DNA of 64,000 bases from Eledone cirrhosa (Eukaryota), in contig OZ024740.1 in NCBI GenBank assembly GCA_964016885.1, positions 221,154,001 to 221,218,000 on the forward strand, in the 5' to 3' direction. This document shows positions 14,065 to 29,041 of this stretch, in pieces; the first letter of the stretch is position 1, and each line of letters starts with the position of its first letter. Made by a program: the position numbers and the translations under genes. The notes under the pieces were generated by a model, which did no database searches, had not been told where the DNA came from, and was given only the letters and a program-made list of their open reading frames with translations.

Positions 14065-14409
14065 TACGAGGGTCAGTTGAAAAGTTAATAGGCTGACCAA
14101 GATACTCTCGTGGAATGATCAAATGAGGTTTATTTTTTAACACTGTCCCTAGAAAGAAACAATGCAGTTATTAATAAGAAGAATTGAAATGAATGCATGC
14201 AAGATTTAACAGCTCTAGCAACACTCCTTCATAGACTGTCCAAGAGACTCTCATGGAATGACCAAATGAGGTTTATTTTTCTACATAGTCCCTCGAAAGA
14301 AACAATGCTGTTGTTAATAAGAAGAGTTGAAATTAATGCGTGCAAGATTTCACAGCTCTAGCATTACTCCTTTATAGTCAGGCTATGAACTTTTCAGCAG
14401 ACCTTCGTA
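14065..14409. mobile_element. Mariner/Tc1-type MITE with an internal duplication
   Basis: Termini TACGAGGGTCAGTTGAAAAGTT / AACTTTTCAGCAGACCTTCGTA, TA-flanked; relatives at 17637-17821, 17828-18030 and partial 8665-8800. Confidence 0.75.
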
Positions 14410-14578
14410 CAGTAAAGGTAGACTTGTCAATGGAATGCTCAGCTATTTGCTCGTTAATTTCTCGTTGATTGAAGAACCAACGAAAGTCCAACACACACAA
14501 ATGTATCTGAGGATTCAAATATGGCTAAATGGTTAAAAAGTTTGCTTCGCAATCATTAGGTCCCAGGTTCAATCCCAC

Positions 14579-14767
14579 TGCAGACCTGCCAACCTCTAAA
14601 AACCCCAACGGGGAGTTCCATGAAAAAATGTGCCCCAAGACGGGGAGAAATAAGGCAAAATAGGGAGATTTTACATAATGAAAGCTATACCCATTTTCAC
14701 AAGAGAAGACATCTCTCACCCACCCCGAAGCGGGTGGGAGATATCGGGGGGATTTGACAGGTCTGCA
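14579..14767. mobile_element. Small MITE-like insertion with 14-bp terminal inverted repeats
   Basis: TGCAGACCTGCCAA / TTGACAGGTCTGCA (1 mismatch); internal GC hairpin; no clear TSD. Confidence 0.45.
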
Positions 14768-15725
14768 ACTGCATGACATCTCAGGCAAGAGTTATTTAGC
14801 ATATTTTGGGTCGACCTCTGCCATGTAAGTGAAATTAGGTAGATGCAAACTGTTTGGGATCCCATCGGATAGACTGTACCTGTAATTAAATAGGTCAGCC
14901 GTGTCACACATTGTGTTACGCTGAATCTTCCTGAGAATTACCTTTATGGGAATACACGTCTGTGGAATGCTCAGCCACATACAAGTTAATTTCATAAGCC
15001 AGCGGTTCCGTTGCTCGAACAGTCATCATTGAAACCGACGGAGGTTCATTTATATACCGTCGTGTCTGTATGGTTGCATATGTGTTTGTATATGTACACA
15101 CACACACACACACACATATATATAGCATTTGTATATATCTCTGTATGTAATTCACTCCAAATCAGAAACACACGTGCACCGGATCACGGTAACTTAATAT
15201 CTGGTTATAAGCAATTCGATTTGTATAACTAATGTCCTATTTTAGCATGCTAAATAGATTTAATCATCAGATATTTAATATATCAACAATCTAATCGAGA
15301 CAATATTTTTTGTATTTAGCATTAAGTTCGTTATAAAACCTTTACATATAGAATATTTCTTGTTTTCCTAAGATGGTTTATTCCAGTTAATTTCATCATA
15401 CTCATCAAATAAATTTATTTTAAGCTGTTTTATTGTCAATTTTTATGTTTGAAACTTTTTTAATGTAAAGAAATTTGCAATGTAGACTATTTGTGATTGA
15501 ATAAGAGAAGTTTTTCAGTTATTTTATAACTTTTCAGTACCCCTTCGTATTGTATGTTTCAAACTGTACTCAGTTTTACTGCCAGTCTGCGGCCAACCCT
15601 TGGTGAAGCTGGAAACAAATTTGATATCGCTAGTTCGTTCCCGTGTAGATACATCAGGCCACCATAACTTAATGCCCAGTTTAAATATTTCGATATGCAA
15701 GACAAAGATCCTATTTTAGTTTGTT

Positions 15726-16165
15726 AAATCCCGCCGTAGTTAGCTTTGCCTTTCATCCTTACGAGGTCTATAAAATAAAATACCAGTAACATACCGGGGT
15801 AGATTTAATCGAGTTTCCCTTCCCTCAAAATTGTTGGCCTTGCGCCTAAAGTAGAAACAATTATTATTATTATTAGCGCCGAGGTTAACTTTGCCTTTCA
15901 TCCTTACGGGGTCGATAAAATAAAGTACCACTGGGATAATTGCTGGCCTTGTGCCAAAAGTAGAAACAATTATTATTAGGGTGGTGGATTAGCAGTATCG
16001 GTAGAGCATCAGACACCATGCTTTGTGGCATAGAGGTTAGCATCACCTTTCATCCTTACGGGGTTGATTAAATAAAATACCAGTAACATACTAGGATCGA
16101 TTTAATCAACTTTCCTCCCCACTTCAAATTGCTGGCCTTGTGCCTAAAGTAGAAACAATTATTAT
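15726..16165 (+). mobile_element. Three tandem truncated SINE family A copies
   Basis: Each ends in GTAGAAACAATTATT. Confidence 0.8.
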
Positions 16166-16934
16166 CATTAGCTCACGCTTTTTTATCACCAATACGAGAC
16201 GAAGAAAGAAATTAAAAACATGATCATAGTAACATGCTTAGAGTCAATAGAAAACTAAGATCATTCAACAATTTTAACCCCAAAAGCCCCTTAACGCCGG
16301 AAGGGTTGCAAGGGTCCGAGGAATGGTCAGCCACATTCATGAACAGGCTATTCTGTTGATTGAACAACGGGAACACTCGTCATCGTTATCAACTGAGGTC
16401 CATTCCTTCTTTTATCGTGATCGAGATAATGTTTTTTATCTTTACAGCTGAGGTTTTTAGAAATCCTATACACAAAATATGTCTTGTTGAACTTAGAAGT
16501 GGCATTTCAGTGTTACTTATATATAAACGGTGGATTTGCAGTCATTTGAGTTTTGAGTAAAATGTTTTGTAGTATTTGTTCTAGATCGCTGCATTCTGAG
16601 TTCAAATATCACCGAGGCTTATTTTGCCTTTCATCTTTTCAGTACTGAGGTCAGTTTTTCTTTTATCTCTATTTCCCTTTCTCAGAAGAAACCAGACTTG
16701 GGGAGGGATCGGCTCTGTCAAAGTGTCAAACGTAAACCAAGATAGGGACCCACTTCACAAAATGGTTCACTAAACACGGGCGTTTCCTCCACACACGCAC
16801 AAAAAAAAAACATTTTTCCGTTTCTTCTTCTTAATCTTGCCTATGTTTCTGGTTTTCTTGTATTTCTCATGCTATCTTTTGGCGAAACATTAGCGTCCGA
16901 AACGTTAAGACTTTTTCCTACTATCTCTCTCTAT

Positions 16935-17200
16935 CTAAGGCGGGTAAAATTCCCGAGATCCATGGACGAGTTCTCTCCAGCGGTCTCTGTCCCTCATTAT
17001 CGCTGCCATGTCCTGCGTCTCCAACAGACCAGAGTCTGTCCTTAGGGCATCAACATACGTTAACCTTGGTCTTCCTCTTCTAGTGTGTCCATGTAGGGGC
17101 TCCCAAAGTAGTACTGAGTGCAATGTCAACTCTGGATGTCGGTGAGCATGTCCAGCTAACCTCAGTCTCCTCTGTGTCACTTTTGAGCTGACTCTTTGGA
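16935..17200 (-). mobile_element. RTE-clade LINE 3' fragment
   Basis: RRLRLAGHAHRH..LLWEP.HG..RRGRPRLTYVD...MRDRDRWR C-terminal RTE motif. Confidence 0.8.
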
Positions 17201-17636
17201 TGCTCCCATACAGCTCTGAGTTTATATATCTTCAGTGTAATGTATCATTCTCCCTGTGTTATTTTCCCTTTTACCTTTTGCCAAAAATATATACATACAT
17301 ACATACATACATACATGTATGTATGTATGTATGTATGTATGTATGTATGTATGTATGTATGTATGTATGTATGTATGTATGTATGTATGTATGTATGTAT
17401 GTATGTATGTATGTGAATGTGTGTCTGTATGTGTGTTTGACCAACTTCTACAATGTCTCTTTATCAAATTCCACTCACAAAGCATTGGTCAACCTGCAGC
17501 TATAGTAGAAAACATTTGCCTAATCTACCGCGCGGTGGGACTTGACCCAGAACCACATGGTTGTGAAGCCAACTCCTTAACCACATATCCATGTTTGAGC
17601 TCGTGAGATATATATCTCCAAATGTATTCCAAACTT

Positions 17637-18030
17637 GTTCGAGGTTCGGCTGGAGAGTTCACAGTCCGACTATGAAGGAAAGATGTGAAATCTTGCATGC
17701 ACTAATTTCAACTCTTATTAATAACTGCATTGTTTCTTTCCAGGGTCTAAAAATAAACATCGTTTGGTCATTCCATGAGAGTATCTTGGTCAACCTATGA
17801 ACTTTTTAGCCAATCCTTGTATGGAAGTACGGTGGTGGGCTGAAAAGTTCATAAACTGATTATGAAGGAGTGATGCTAGAACTGTGAAATCTTACATGCA
17901 TTAATTTCAACTCTTCTTATAAATAACTGCATTGTTTCTTTCCAGGGACTCTGTTGGAAAATAAACCCCATTTGGTCATTCCATAAGAATATCTTGGTCA
18001 ACCTATGAACTTTCAGCCGACTCTCATATC
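17637..18030. mobile_element. Two adjacent mariner-type MITE copies
   Basis: GCTGAAAAGTTCATA / TATGAACTTT(T)CAGCC inverted termini; internal sequence is the reverse complement of the 14065 element. Confidence 0.7.
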
Positions 18031-18321
18031 TTGAGACTGAGTTCTTAATTTGTCATCAAAATAATTCTCATAACGTTGCCCGGGCCATTCACAAGACCAC
18101 CCACATATAAATTTATCAGTCATGATTGGGTCTTCCGATATTTTCGTTCTTTCCATGGCATACGATCCCTCAAGGTCGGCAAATAGACGATGAACAGTTA
18201 TGATTTTTGTGTTTATATGCGTGTACATGCACCTGCGGGTGTATGTATGTATGTATGTATGTATGTATGTATGTATGTATGTATGTATGTATGTGTGTAT
18301 ATATGTATGTATATATATGCA

Positions 18322-18725
18322 TATGACCCCTTAGCCTTTGTCAAGGCAGAATTCTAGGAGAAGGAAAACTCTGATATAACACCTGCAACCCTGATGGTAT
18401 CCAATGATGTTGACTTGTTCTTCTTTTTGGTAAATATCATCTTGGTTAAGAGAGTGTGACTGGCTTTGTGCAGTGCCTTTGCTCACTATAAAAGCTTCAC
18501 GGCACAGGCATTGCTTTATATCTGGAGATCTCTCTGCACTTGTCGTCACATGGTACCATGGGCCCAGCACTATGTGTCAATAATTGTCACAAGTGTAGTG
18601 TTTGTACCAGAGTTTTCAAGTCGCTGGCTGGACTAAAAGTCACACTCGTTCAGCGCATCGGTAGGGGTTCTCCTACATGGATATAAAGTAGTTGCCGTAC
18701 TTGAAAACGAGTTGGCAGCCACCAT
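18322..18725 (+). mobile_element. Unclassified interspersed repeat, copy 2 (5'-truncated)
   Basis: Matches 55093-55497; preceded by (TATG)n. Confidence 0.8.
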
Positions 18726-21149
18726 ATATATGTATATGTATGTGTATGTGTGTGTGTATATACATATATGTGTATATGTATAGATTATATATGTATGTTT
18801 GTTTGTATTATGTATATATGTGTGTATACCTATATATATATGAGTGTATATATACATTTGTTTGTGTGTGTATGTATGTATGTATATATGTGTATATGTA
18901 TATATTTATGTATATATGTGTGTCATTATCGTTCACCAACAGTTTCTCATACCCACAGCCTCGTTAGCAAAGCATGATAACAAATGTTTTCCCAGGGACA
19001 AACGCATGAAGGTGAGGTTGGCTCGGTTCTCTTTTCATACACAGCTGTATAAATGGTAATTTTACAGTTGTGAACTAATATCAGCAAAGCTGTGGTGGAG
19101 GTAGTGGTGGGGGTGATACATGGTGGATAGTTTCACCACCTGCCTGGATTAGGCAGCCGTGAAAAATCAGAAATTACCATTCATGTTTTTTCTAATTTAG
19201 TGCCTGCTTCTCGTTATTGGAGGCGTGATGTCTAGTAGTAAGGGTGTTGGACTTACGATCATAGTATCACGGAATGGATTCATGGTCCGTGTTGTGTGTT
19301 GTGTTCTTGAGCTAAACACGTTGCACCAGTATACTCAGCTGAAAATGAGTATCAGCAACAATTGGGGTGTTAACTTTGCGATGGAGTGGCGTCCTGTCCA
19401 GGAGAGAGTCTTGTACTTCCAGTCACTTCACGCCACGGAAATCGGGATAAGAACCAGCCTGATGAGCATCCTGGCTCGAAACAGACTTTAGACCTTTTTT
19501 TCCTAGTTATTGGTATTTAACTCTAGGTCAGCATTGATGTAGTAGACCTATGGTCAAGTGTGTCCTTTTTTTTAAAAGTTAATTTGGCTACTATTTCCTG
19601 CATGTCGAACGACCGAATAGAGGTTCTCTCGAAAGCACATGCCTGCTAATAGTTGAATTTCTCGGTCGAAACACATGAATTTCGTCTTTTCATTGATTAT
19701 GTATACAAGGTTATTATAAAGTCCTCGTGTACTTTTAAATTTCAATAACTTCAATCCTATATACTGTAGAATATTTATAATATTATTTTACAAATACAAT
19801 AATCAAAGGAGATCACGTATCACCGCGCTTCAAACAAATGTTTCATGGGACCAGTGGTTCATTCTTGCGGATGACCACCTCTATATATGGTTTGAACGTT
19901 GGGCTTGCTATCGTGAGTTTGTGAGTTCGATTTCCGGACCGGGTGATGCGTTGTGTTTTTGAGCAAAACACTTTATTTCACTTTACTACAGATTACTCAG
20001 CTGTAGAAATGAGTTGCGACGTCACTCTAGCCAAGCTGTATCCGCCGTTGCCTTTCCCTTCGACAACATCTGGTGTGGAGAGGAGGACTGGTATGCATCG
20101 GAGACTGTTGGTTTTTCACAACCAGCCTTGTCCAGACCTGTGCATCAGAGGGGAACTTTCTATCTGCAAATCCCATGATCATTCGTGACCGAAGGGGGTC
20201 TTTACACTTTACCCTTTTAATCTGTGAAAAGGATAAATAATATAATTTCTTACATTTTTTAAACACCATTATTCTTAATATTAGGGCGGTCGATTGGCAG
20301 ATTCCATAGAACATCGGACAACATGCTTTGTATCATAGAGTTACGGCTGTAACAAATCCTACCGAGGGCGATAAAATAAGTACCAGTAATGCACTGGGAT
20401 CGATTTAATCGACTCCCTCTTCCCTTCAGATTACTGGCATTGTGCCAAGGTAGAAACAATTATTCCTAAGATTAGGAGGCGAATTGACAGGGTAATAGAA
20501 CATCGGATAGAATGCTTTACGGTATTTGTTCAGACACTCAGGAGTTTAAATCCCACTGAGGCCAACTTTGCCTTCCCTTCGAAGTAAAAAGAATATAGTA
20601 CAAGTTCAGTATTGAAGGCTCAGGGTCTAGTAGTTAGGGTCTTGTACTTACGATCATAGTATCAGGGGTTCGATTCCTGGACCGGGTTATGTGTTGTGTT
20701 GAGCAAAACACTTCATTCCACGTTGCTCCAGTATACTCAGCGGAAAATGAGTACTAACAGTAGTTGGGGTGCAACCCTGTCATAGACGGGCGTCGTGTCC
20801 AGGGGTGAGTCTTGTCCTCTCAGTCTCTTAAAGCTAAGGAAACCGGGATAAACACCGACTTAATGAGCCCCAGGGCTCGATACATACTTTAAAGTTTTCT
20901 TTAGACTTGTACTGGAGTAGTTTCGTCCTCTATATCTCTTTCTCCCTCTCCCCCTTCTCTGTAAGAGTTCAGACCTGGAGAGGGATGGGCTCCGTCAGGT
21001 TTAGAATTCTCAAAAATCGCCGTATGTCACAACGTCGCCTCTACGACTCCACCAGGAATTACAGGTTCATCTATCCGTCCACCCATCCATACATCCATAC
21101 ATCTATCCATACATACATACATGCATAAATTACATACTCGCCCATGTCG

Positions 21150-21625
21150 TAAGCAGCTCTCTAAAGATGTCATCACAGTACTATCTACCTATAGGCCATG
21201 ATGTAGTGGTCAAAACACTATATAATGCAACCCTTAGAAAAGATAGCCCCAACAATAAACACATGAAAAGCTACAGCAATGTGGAAGACATATACATAAT
21301 ATGAAAGAGCACTGGTGGAATGCTCCAGTCAAAACCTCAATAAAATGCAAGTATAACAGACCAGATATAATGATATGGCACAAGGAAAAGAAAGCATGGA
21401 GAGTATTAGAAGTCAGCTGCCCAGTAGATGCCAATATAATATTAAAGATTAACGAAACATAGAACATCTATGTAACTCTAATGAGGAATCTGCAGATACT
21501 CTACCCTGACTATGATTTTAGATTTTTACCTGTGATTATTGGGGTCTTGGGATGTGTTATTAACTGCCTCAGTACTAATCTTGAGAAGCAGGGCTTCACA
21601 GAACCAGAAAGAACAGGACTAGTTG
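21150..21625 (+). mobile_element. R4/Dong-like non-LTR retrotransposon 3' fragment (RLE endonuclease)
   Basis: Frame-broken YYLP.RHD..., WWNAPVKT..KCKYNRPDIMIW..VLEVSCPVDANI, LMRNLQILYPDY..LPVIIG; related to the 52842-53600 ORF; (TACA)n on both sides. Confidence 0.8.
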
Positions 21626-24448
21626 ATATAGTTTAAATCCCAGAGAAAGAGTCTTGTTTCTATGTTAGAAACCGACTCTCTCTCTATTTGTGAAAAATCT
21701 ATAAAATAATGAAACAAAAAGAACATACATACATACATACATTGTATGTATGTTAATTTTTAACATGTCCACCGTCATTATGTATACAAACCATGATGCA
21801 ATTGTGAATTTTTAGAAATACATTTTGCAGTTGACATTCAGATATGTCTTGAATCACAAGAGATATCCTATATTACAAGTCATCTGTAGACCGGGATTTG
21901 AATCTTTTGATGACGGAGGCCTCTTCTATGACTTTTTTTAAGGAATGTTATCATTCGAAAACTGCCCTAATTCTCGTAGCAAAATAAGGATTTCTCACAT
22001 AGGAGGTACATGGCTAGAAATTTTGGTGGAGCGGGGAAAGTAGATTATATTAACTTCAGTACTTGACTGGTACTTTATTTAATCGAGCTTTGAGGGATGA
22101 AAGGCAAAGATGACCTCAACAGGATTTGAAACCAGAACGTAAAAAGACATAACGAAATACTGCAATGTATTTCATCCGACGTACTACCAATTCTGCTAAC
22201 ACCCACCCACGCCTACTCGCTGAGGGTAAAGTAATAAGGCGCACCAACTTTCTGAAATAATGTATACCCTATCATTTTGTTTTGACTCTCTGCGTTTTGA
22301 GTTCAAATCCCACCGAGGTCAACTTGTCCTTTTTTTACATCCGGGCTGGATAAAATAAAGCAATAATCCAGGGCGATGGTTTTGCAGATTTGCTAGTGTA
22401 TTGGACGCGAGGTCTTGCAGTTTAGGTTCCGGCATTGGATGTTCTGGGTTCCAATCCTGCTGTGGCCTACATCGGGGTTAGACTTAAACCGTTCCACTGT
22501 TCAAAACCACCCTCTGGTCCTTAAATGCCTTTAGTAGAGTCCACGCTACTAGAAAAAATTCGGACCAGGTGTTCCATTTAATGATACCTTCCTTCTTCCC
22601 TCAATCCTTTCCATTAGTCTTGGAGGCCCTGAAATGAACCATGGACACTGACCTTTCGTCCTTAATTAAACAATAAAAAAAGTTGTAATTCGCTAGGTCT
22701 AGAATTTTTAAACGGCGCTAAGACTATATAATTAGATGTATATATAGTATGGTTAAAAGCTTGTCACATCTCATTTGCAATATCGGTTTTTTTTTCTTTA
22801 TATTGTAACAGGAAATTATAAATAAGATAAATGATAAATAAACAAATAGATAAATAAATAGATAAACGTATAAACAAATAGATAAATAAATAAACTGCAC
22901 GAAACCTATTTAAATTTAATGCAAGAATGCTTGAAGTGTATTAACATGTCATCATCGGATTGTGGTACAAGCGAATACAATTACACACTTTTCGTGACCC
23001 AAATGTATAAATAATTTTAGCACAAGGCCAGATATTTTTCTGGAGAAAGTAAAATCGAAAAGCTTATATAAACTAGGTGACAAATTAACAGAGTCATTGT
23101 GGTGACGGGTTAAATACTTTGCGGGATTTGTTCCGGCTCTCTGCGACTCCAAGTTCAAATCTCGCCGAGGTCAACTTTGCCATTCATCATTTCAGCTTCG
23201 ATAAACCCAATCCAAGAGCAGTAGATTGGAGAATTTGTTAAAGAGTCGAACAGGATGCTTTGCAGTAGTTGGTCCGGTTCTGTGTATTCTCAGTTGAAAT
23301 CATAAATTCAGTTGAAATCATAAAAACAGAGCATGAATCAATCAATCAATATTTATTATTTCAAATGAAATAATAGAACACAGAGAAATATATGCATATA
23401 CATAAACCATATTAAAATAATGTCATAATGTCATGTGGGAGATAAAATAAGAGCTATCATTGGCTTATGCATTCTTTTTGATGACTTTTGTATTTAGTTC
23501 CTTTGTGACCATTCTTTGGAATGTGGTCTTCGGTCTTTGTCTGTGCTTCATCTGTGGCATAACAAATGCAGACATTTTCACACGCACAGAGCAGTCAAAT
23601 TCCTATGCTGGGGTTCGAAACCGGGGATTGACATGGATTGGTCATCATATCCGACATCCAATTAGTAACTTCCATGCTGAGTGTCTACTGCTACAGAACA
23701 CGTGGACCATTAACTTAATTCTCAGGGAGATTCAGCATGACACTGTGTGTGCCAACTTGCTTAAGGACAAAACGCACCTATATGTAACGAACTTACGATC
23801 TTACAATCGTGAGCCAAACAGCTCAACCACAAAACCACACACTTTCCGAATGGAGTGTAGTTAGATTACTGATTACAAAAGAAAAGTAAGAATGGCGTGC
23901 TTGCAAAGGGAAGCGTTTTGAACAGTTAATGTAACTCTATAAAACCGGTACTCCGTCGGTTACGACGACGAGTGTTCCAGTTGATTTGATCAACGGAACA
24001 GCCTGCTCGTGAAATTAGCGTGCATGTGGCTGAACATTCCACAGACACGTGCACCCTAAATTTAGTTCCCAGGAAGATTTAAGGTGATACTGAATGTGAC
24101 ATAACTGGCCTTATCGGATTATAGGTACAACTCATTTTTGCCAGGTGAGTGGACTGCAGCAACGTGCATGTGACTGAGTATTCCACAGACACATGTACCT
24201 TGAACGAAGTTCTCAGGGAGATTCAATGTGACACAGAATATGACATTGCTAGCCTTTCGAATTACAAGTACAACTCATTTTTGCCAGCTTAGTGAACTGG
24301 AGCAACCTAAAATAAAGTGTGTTGCTCAAGGACACAACGCACTACCAGGAATCTGACTCACGACCCTACGATCGCGAGCCACATACCTTAACCACTAAGC
24401 AACGCGCCTTCACAATGGAACTATATAAACTTATATGAATTGTCTATA

Positions 24449-24892
24449 TGTAGTATAAGGAAAGAGGAAATGAAAGGGTCGATAGTGTAAAATTACATAC
24501 ACATGTACAACAGGTCCGAACACAGTGGAGCCAAACTCCCACTGTCATCGCCCCCGTCTTTCTCGCCCTCCCCATCTCTCACTATTGTGAGCAAATGTGG
24601 TCCCAAGTGCTGGCTTCCCCATGGCCCCGTCAGAGAGAATAGAGAAGGCGTTTCCTCGAAGAATGGTGAGGAAGATGCGCTGGCAGAGCCATTCCAGCTC
24701 GCGAGACTCACACATGCAGCTAGCCAGCCCAGCGCCTATGGTGGTGAGTAGGGAGGTAGCCCTAGGGCCAAGGTCGCCAGTGGTCTTCATTGCTAGGAGG
24801 CTCGACTTGTAATAAAATATAATATCATTCTGATTTATTCATATTGCTCAACAATAATCTTGTAAACTCAATACGCGTAACCCTATATAACA
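24449..24892 (+). mobile_element. Possible solo LTR
   Basis: TG...CA ends with imperfect inverted termini TGTAGTATAAGG / CCCTATATAACA; GC-rich interior; AATAAA near 24811; no matching TSD. Confidence 0.4.
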
Positions 24893-25107
24893 CCTTTGAG
24901 AGATCCATGAACGTCACAACATCACTTTCGACTGCATGAATTTGTTATTCAGACCGATCACCCATCATTGTATTCATGTATGTTCCCGGTGAGGAAAGGT
25001 CAAGCAATTGACTTTATTGCGCAATTGCGTGGCATAAATATTTATCTTAATGCAAATATTCAAATATATGTTGCATGCATATTTAATGCTATTACATACA
25101 TACATAT

Positions 25108-25231
<124 letters not shown>

Positions 25232-25316
25232 GTTTGTGTGTGTGTTTGTGTGTGTGTGTGTGTGCGTGTGTGTGTGTGTCTGTGTTTGTGTTCACGCGTA
25301 CACGTGTGTATGGATG

Positions 25317-25366
<50 letters not shown>

Positions 25367-25789
25367 CATACGTGTGTGTATGTTTATGTGTGAAAGAAGT
25401 ACGAAGTTTAAGAAAACAACAAAAAGGTCGTGATATCGATCTTTGTTAGATACACTATGTATTATAGTTAAAGACAAATTTTACTGCTCTATCTAATTGG
25501 TGTAGAAAATTTATGTGATTGTCTAATTAGTATCAGTCACACGATCTCGACAATAAACGATCGATGGAAATTATTGAAGCCTTAATACAACATGTGAATA
25601 AATAAATTTCATCCATGGAAACATTTTCAATCTTCACTTGAAGGAAACTTTCAGCTTAACATGTAAATTGAAGAGAAATCCTTTTAGTCACAAACATTAA
25701 TCTATCTTTATATTTACCTCAATCTTATCTATCTGTCTAGCTATTTATCTATCTATCTATCATTGATAAAGATTTTATGTAAAACCCCC

Positions 25790-26400
25790 GCCATCACGTC
25801 TTGTAATGTCCCATTTTTGTGCTGTCAAGGATGGGACCGATCCGCTTGACCACCGAGTCTATTGTAACGATCAAGCCGCCTCCCCTCTTCAAAAACGAAG
25901 GAGAGCGGTGTTTCTGTGCGTAATAGCCATAGCGAAAGAGGTTGTATGGTGGACGCCTCTGAAAGGACTGAGGTCAGACACCTTTCTCTCTGGCCAACAA
26001 CTGGTCCGTTTCTTCCGATTTCATTTCGGAAGAAGGATCAGGATGGAGAGAGAGGTGCCGTTTTTATGAAAGATGGGTGAAAGTGGCGAGAATGGCCCGT
26101 GTGAATGGGCCTTCACTCTACATCAGATTATAGGTGAGGAAGATGAAAGATCAAGGGAGCACCCCCTCTCTGTGCTCCTGAGGAGAAGGGTTGCACACTT
26201 ATTTCGGGGGTGTGTGCGACCCCCCAAGGCGCCTCCTCCCTCTTGAGGATTTTGTTATTAAATTTATTTTTGTTATATTTTATATTTTATTTTTTATATC
26301 TTGTTATTGCCTCCTCCTTATTGAGGACGCCTTTTTATGTAAACTACCCCCATTGTACTTGTCCCACTTTTTGATGCCCTGGTGGCAAATAAAAAGAAAG

Positions 26401-26471
<71 letters not shown>

Positions 26472-26688
26472 AAGGAGTACAAGCTCTTCGTACTCCTGGA
26501 GATGAGGGCTGCACATTTTTTTTCGGGGGTATGTGTTACCCATATAAACTGTCTCCCTCTATTGGGGGAAAATCGACTAACTTTTTAAATTCCATTTGTG
26601 ATAACATTTTACACGTTTTTATTGTATGTAAACTTCCCCCTTTGTATTTGTCCCCTTCTTTTGTGCCCCTGTGGCTAATAAAGAAATA

Positions 26689-26738
<50 letters not shown>

Positions 26739-27001
26739 ACTACCATGTGCTTGCTTGTGTTTGTCTCTCTATTTACTTATTTCCGTACTTCCCTACTTAC
26801 ATATCTACATACTCACCTACTTACATACCTACCTACTTATATGCATACATGCCCATCTATCTACCGGCCTACCTACTTATATGCATACAAGCCCATCTAT
26901 CTACCGACCTACCTACTTATATACATGCAAGCCCATCTATCTACCTACCTACCTACCTACGTACATACCTACCTACATACCTACCTACCTACTTATCCAC
27001 T

Positions 27002-27041
<40 letters not shown>

Positions 27042-27090
27042 GCCCACTTTTTGATGCGCTGGTGGCAAATAAAAAGAAACATATCTATCT
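25790..27090 (+). mobile_element. Tx1/L1-like 3' fragments stacked in (TCTA)n
   Basis: C-terminal-like peptide VFLCVIAIAKEVVWW..LVRFFRFHF; three similar 3' ends (..CCCACTTTTTGATGC.CTGGTGGCAAATAAAAAGAAA) each followed by (TCTA)n. Confidence 0.55.
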
Positions 27091-28348
27091 GTTGTTTATT
27101 CCCAGTCAAACTCTGATCAAAGGCGTTCCAGTATGATTTGGAGGATTTGCCATTTCTGGCAGTTCAGGCTACCACGTAGAGGTCTACTTCCTTTGTGTGT
27201 ATTCCATTGAGAGTTTATTTAAAAATAAATCTTGCTAGATTATTTATTTTATTTTAGACAGCAACAAGTAAAAAACGAAAAACAACAACAACATAAAACA
27301 ACTGAGTATTCTAAAACAACAATCCGAGATTTCTAACATTCCAATGTCTTTGAAGTTTCTAAAATCACATTTAGTAGGCATCAAAGATTTCAACTTAATC
27401 CACATTTTTTCTCTGTATAATGGAGATTGCGTTATTTATGCTTCGCATAACAGATGTGATACATAGAATTGCCGTAGTTGCTGCTGCTGTTGTTGTTTAG
27501 CTCTATTATTCCCATGACAGATCTGATCGAACGGACTTATGATTAAAGGCATTCCTACCGTGGCCATCACGGTTTTTTCTGACAATCTTCTATTTTACGT
27601 GTAATTTGAAGGGTATTCGGTAGCTATTTCTGGCAGATTGAGCGACCATGAAGAGGGTCACGCATTGGCTGCCATAAAATTGTTCTAGTGTATCTCTTGT
27701 TTCTGATTTAATGGCTATTTACTTTTGATTTATGAACACTTCAGAAATAATGAAAATATTTGGATACATTGACGTCGCAATATGTCATCAGGATATCATA
27801 TAGGTGTAGATATTTGCTGGAAAAGGGCTGCTCGGACGCCCAAGACTCCGCCGAAGCTTGTTGCTGTTCAGGTAAACAATGGCAGCGACGTTAGAATAAA
27901 ACTCGTGCCGCCTACGTGTAGATTTGTGACTATGTCCTTCAATTTGTCGAGTCTGCACCCGTTGCCACTCCTCCATTGCTGTAGGACTTGGAAAGAAATA
28001 TCTGCACATAAAAATGGCAAGGCTACGTACGTACTTGTGCTATACACATAACACCCACTCAACCACCGCAGCTATGTGTCCAGTGACAAGCTAAGGCGAG
28101 ATAACAGGATAGTTACGAAGATCGCATGTGTTATTGTCATGGAGTTTGACGTCTGCAGAAGGTGTAGCCGTACTCACCATGCTTGACCAATTATATATAT
28201 AACCACTCGACTCCCGGGAATGAATATGACCACAGCTAGTAAACAAAGACCCACACCCCACCCTCCCGCACCAAAATTAGACTTATCGTCCCCTGCTTTT
28301 GCTCTTTACTCTCTTTACTCTTTGTTCTTGAATCAAACCCCTTTTATA

Positions 28349-28393
28349 GCTCTGACGAATCCTACGGTTACGTAAGGAAGAAACATTGTAAGC
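28349..28393 (+). ncRNA. Minimal type I hammerhead ribozyme
   Basis: GCU-CUGACGA-AUCCUACGGUUACGUAAGGAA-GAAA-CAUUG-UA-AGC, followed closely by AATAAA. Confidence 0.7.
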
Positions 28394-28435
28394 CAATAAA
28401 AATCTTTTGATGCTGTAGACGCTCTTGTGTTCTTT

Positions 28436-28495
<60 letters not shown>

Positions 28496-28536
28496 CGAAA
28501 CATAAGTCAATTGCATGAACTCATAATCCTTTATTT

Positions 28537-28592
28537 ACTGCTATATATATTTCGATGATAGCCATTGAATGGCTATGACCTCATCAGGCAGT
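28537..28592 (-). ncRNA. Type I hammerhead ribozyme
   Basis: ACUGC-CUGAUGA-GGUC AUAGCCAU UCA AUGGCUAU CAUC-GAAA-UAUAUA-UA-GCAGU; G10.1-C11.1 pair. Confidence 0.85.
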
Positions 28593-28663
28593 TAGTCAGT
28601 TATTAGATATGCCAGCTCTGTGTTTATGGTGTTGATGGTATCAGAGCCTTGGGACATATAAAT

Positions 28664-28835
<172 letters not shown>

Positions 28836-29000
28836 GCACACACACACACACACACACACACGTATACAGATATATATATATGTACGTATGCGTTATATCG
28901 AACATTAGTAATGATATTCGATTCGTTTGCAACCAAACGGCCCGATAAAGCTGTGCTGTGCCGAATCGTCATCCGTTTGTTCAACACTTACATCGAGGAA

Positions 29001-29041
29001 CAATCAACATGTTTCTGGGTCATTACTCTTCATCAGGACTG
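29001..29041 (-). ncRNA. Minimal type I hammerhead ribozyme
   Basis: CAGUC-CUGAUGA-AGAGUAAUGACCCA-GAAA-CAUG-UU-GAUUG. Confidence 0.65.

Noticed and set aside
23460-23864. 134-aa ORF
   Set aside because: It runs through decayed SINE fragments and has no protein motif.
27782-28180. GC-richer block with short overlapping ORFs
   Set aside because: No recognisable domain or convincing splice structure, so a host exon cannot be supported.
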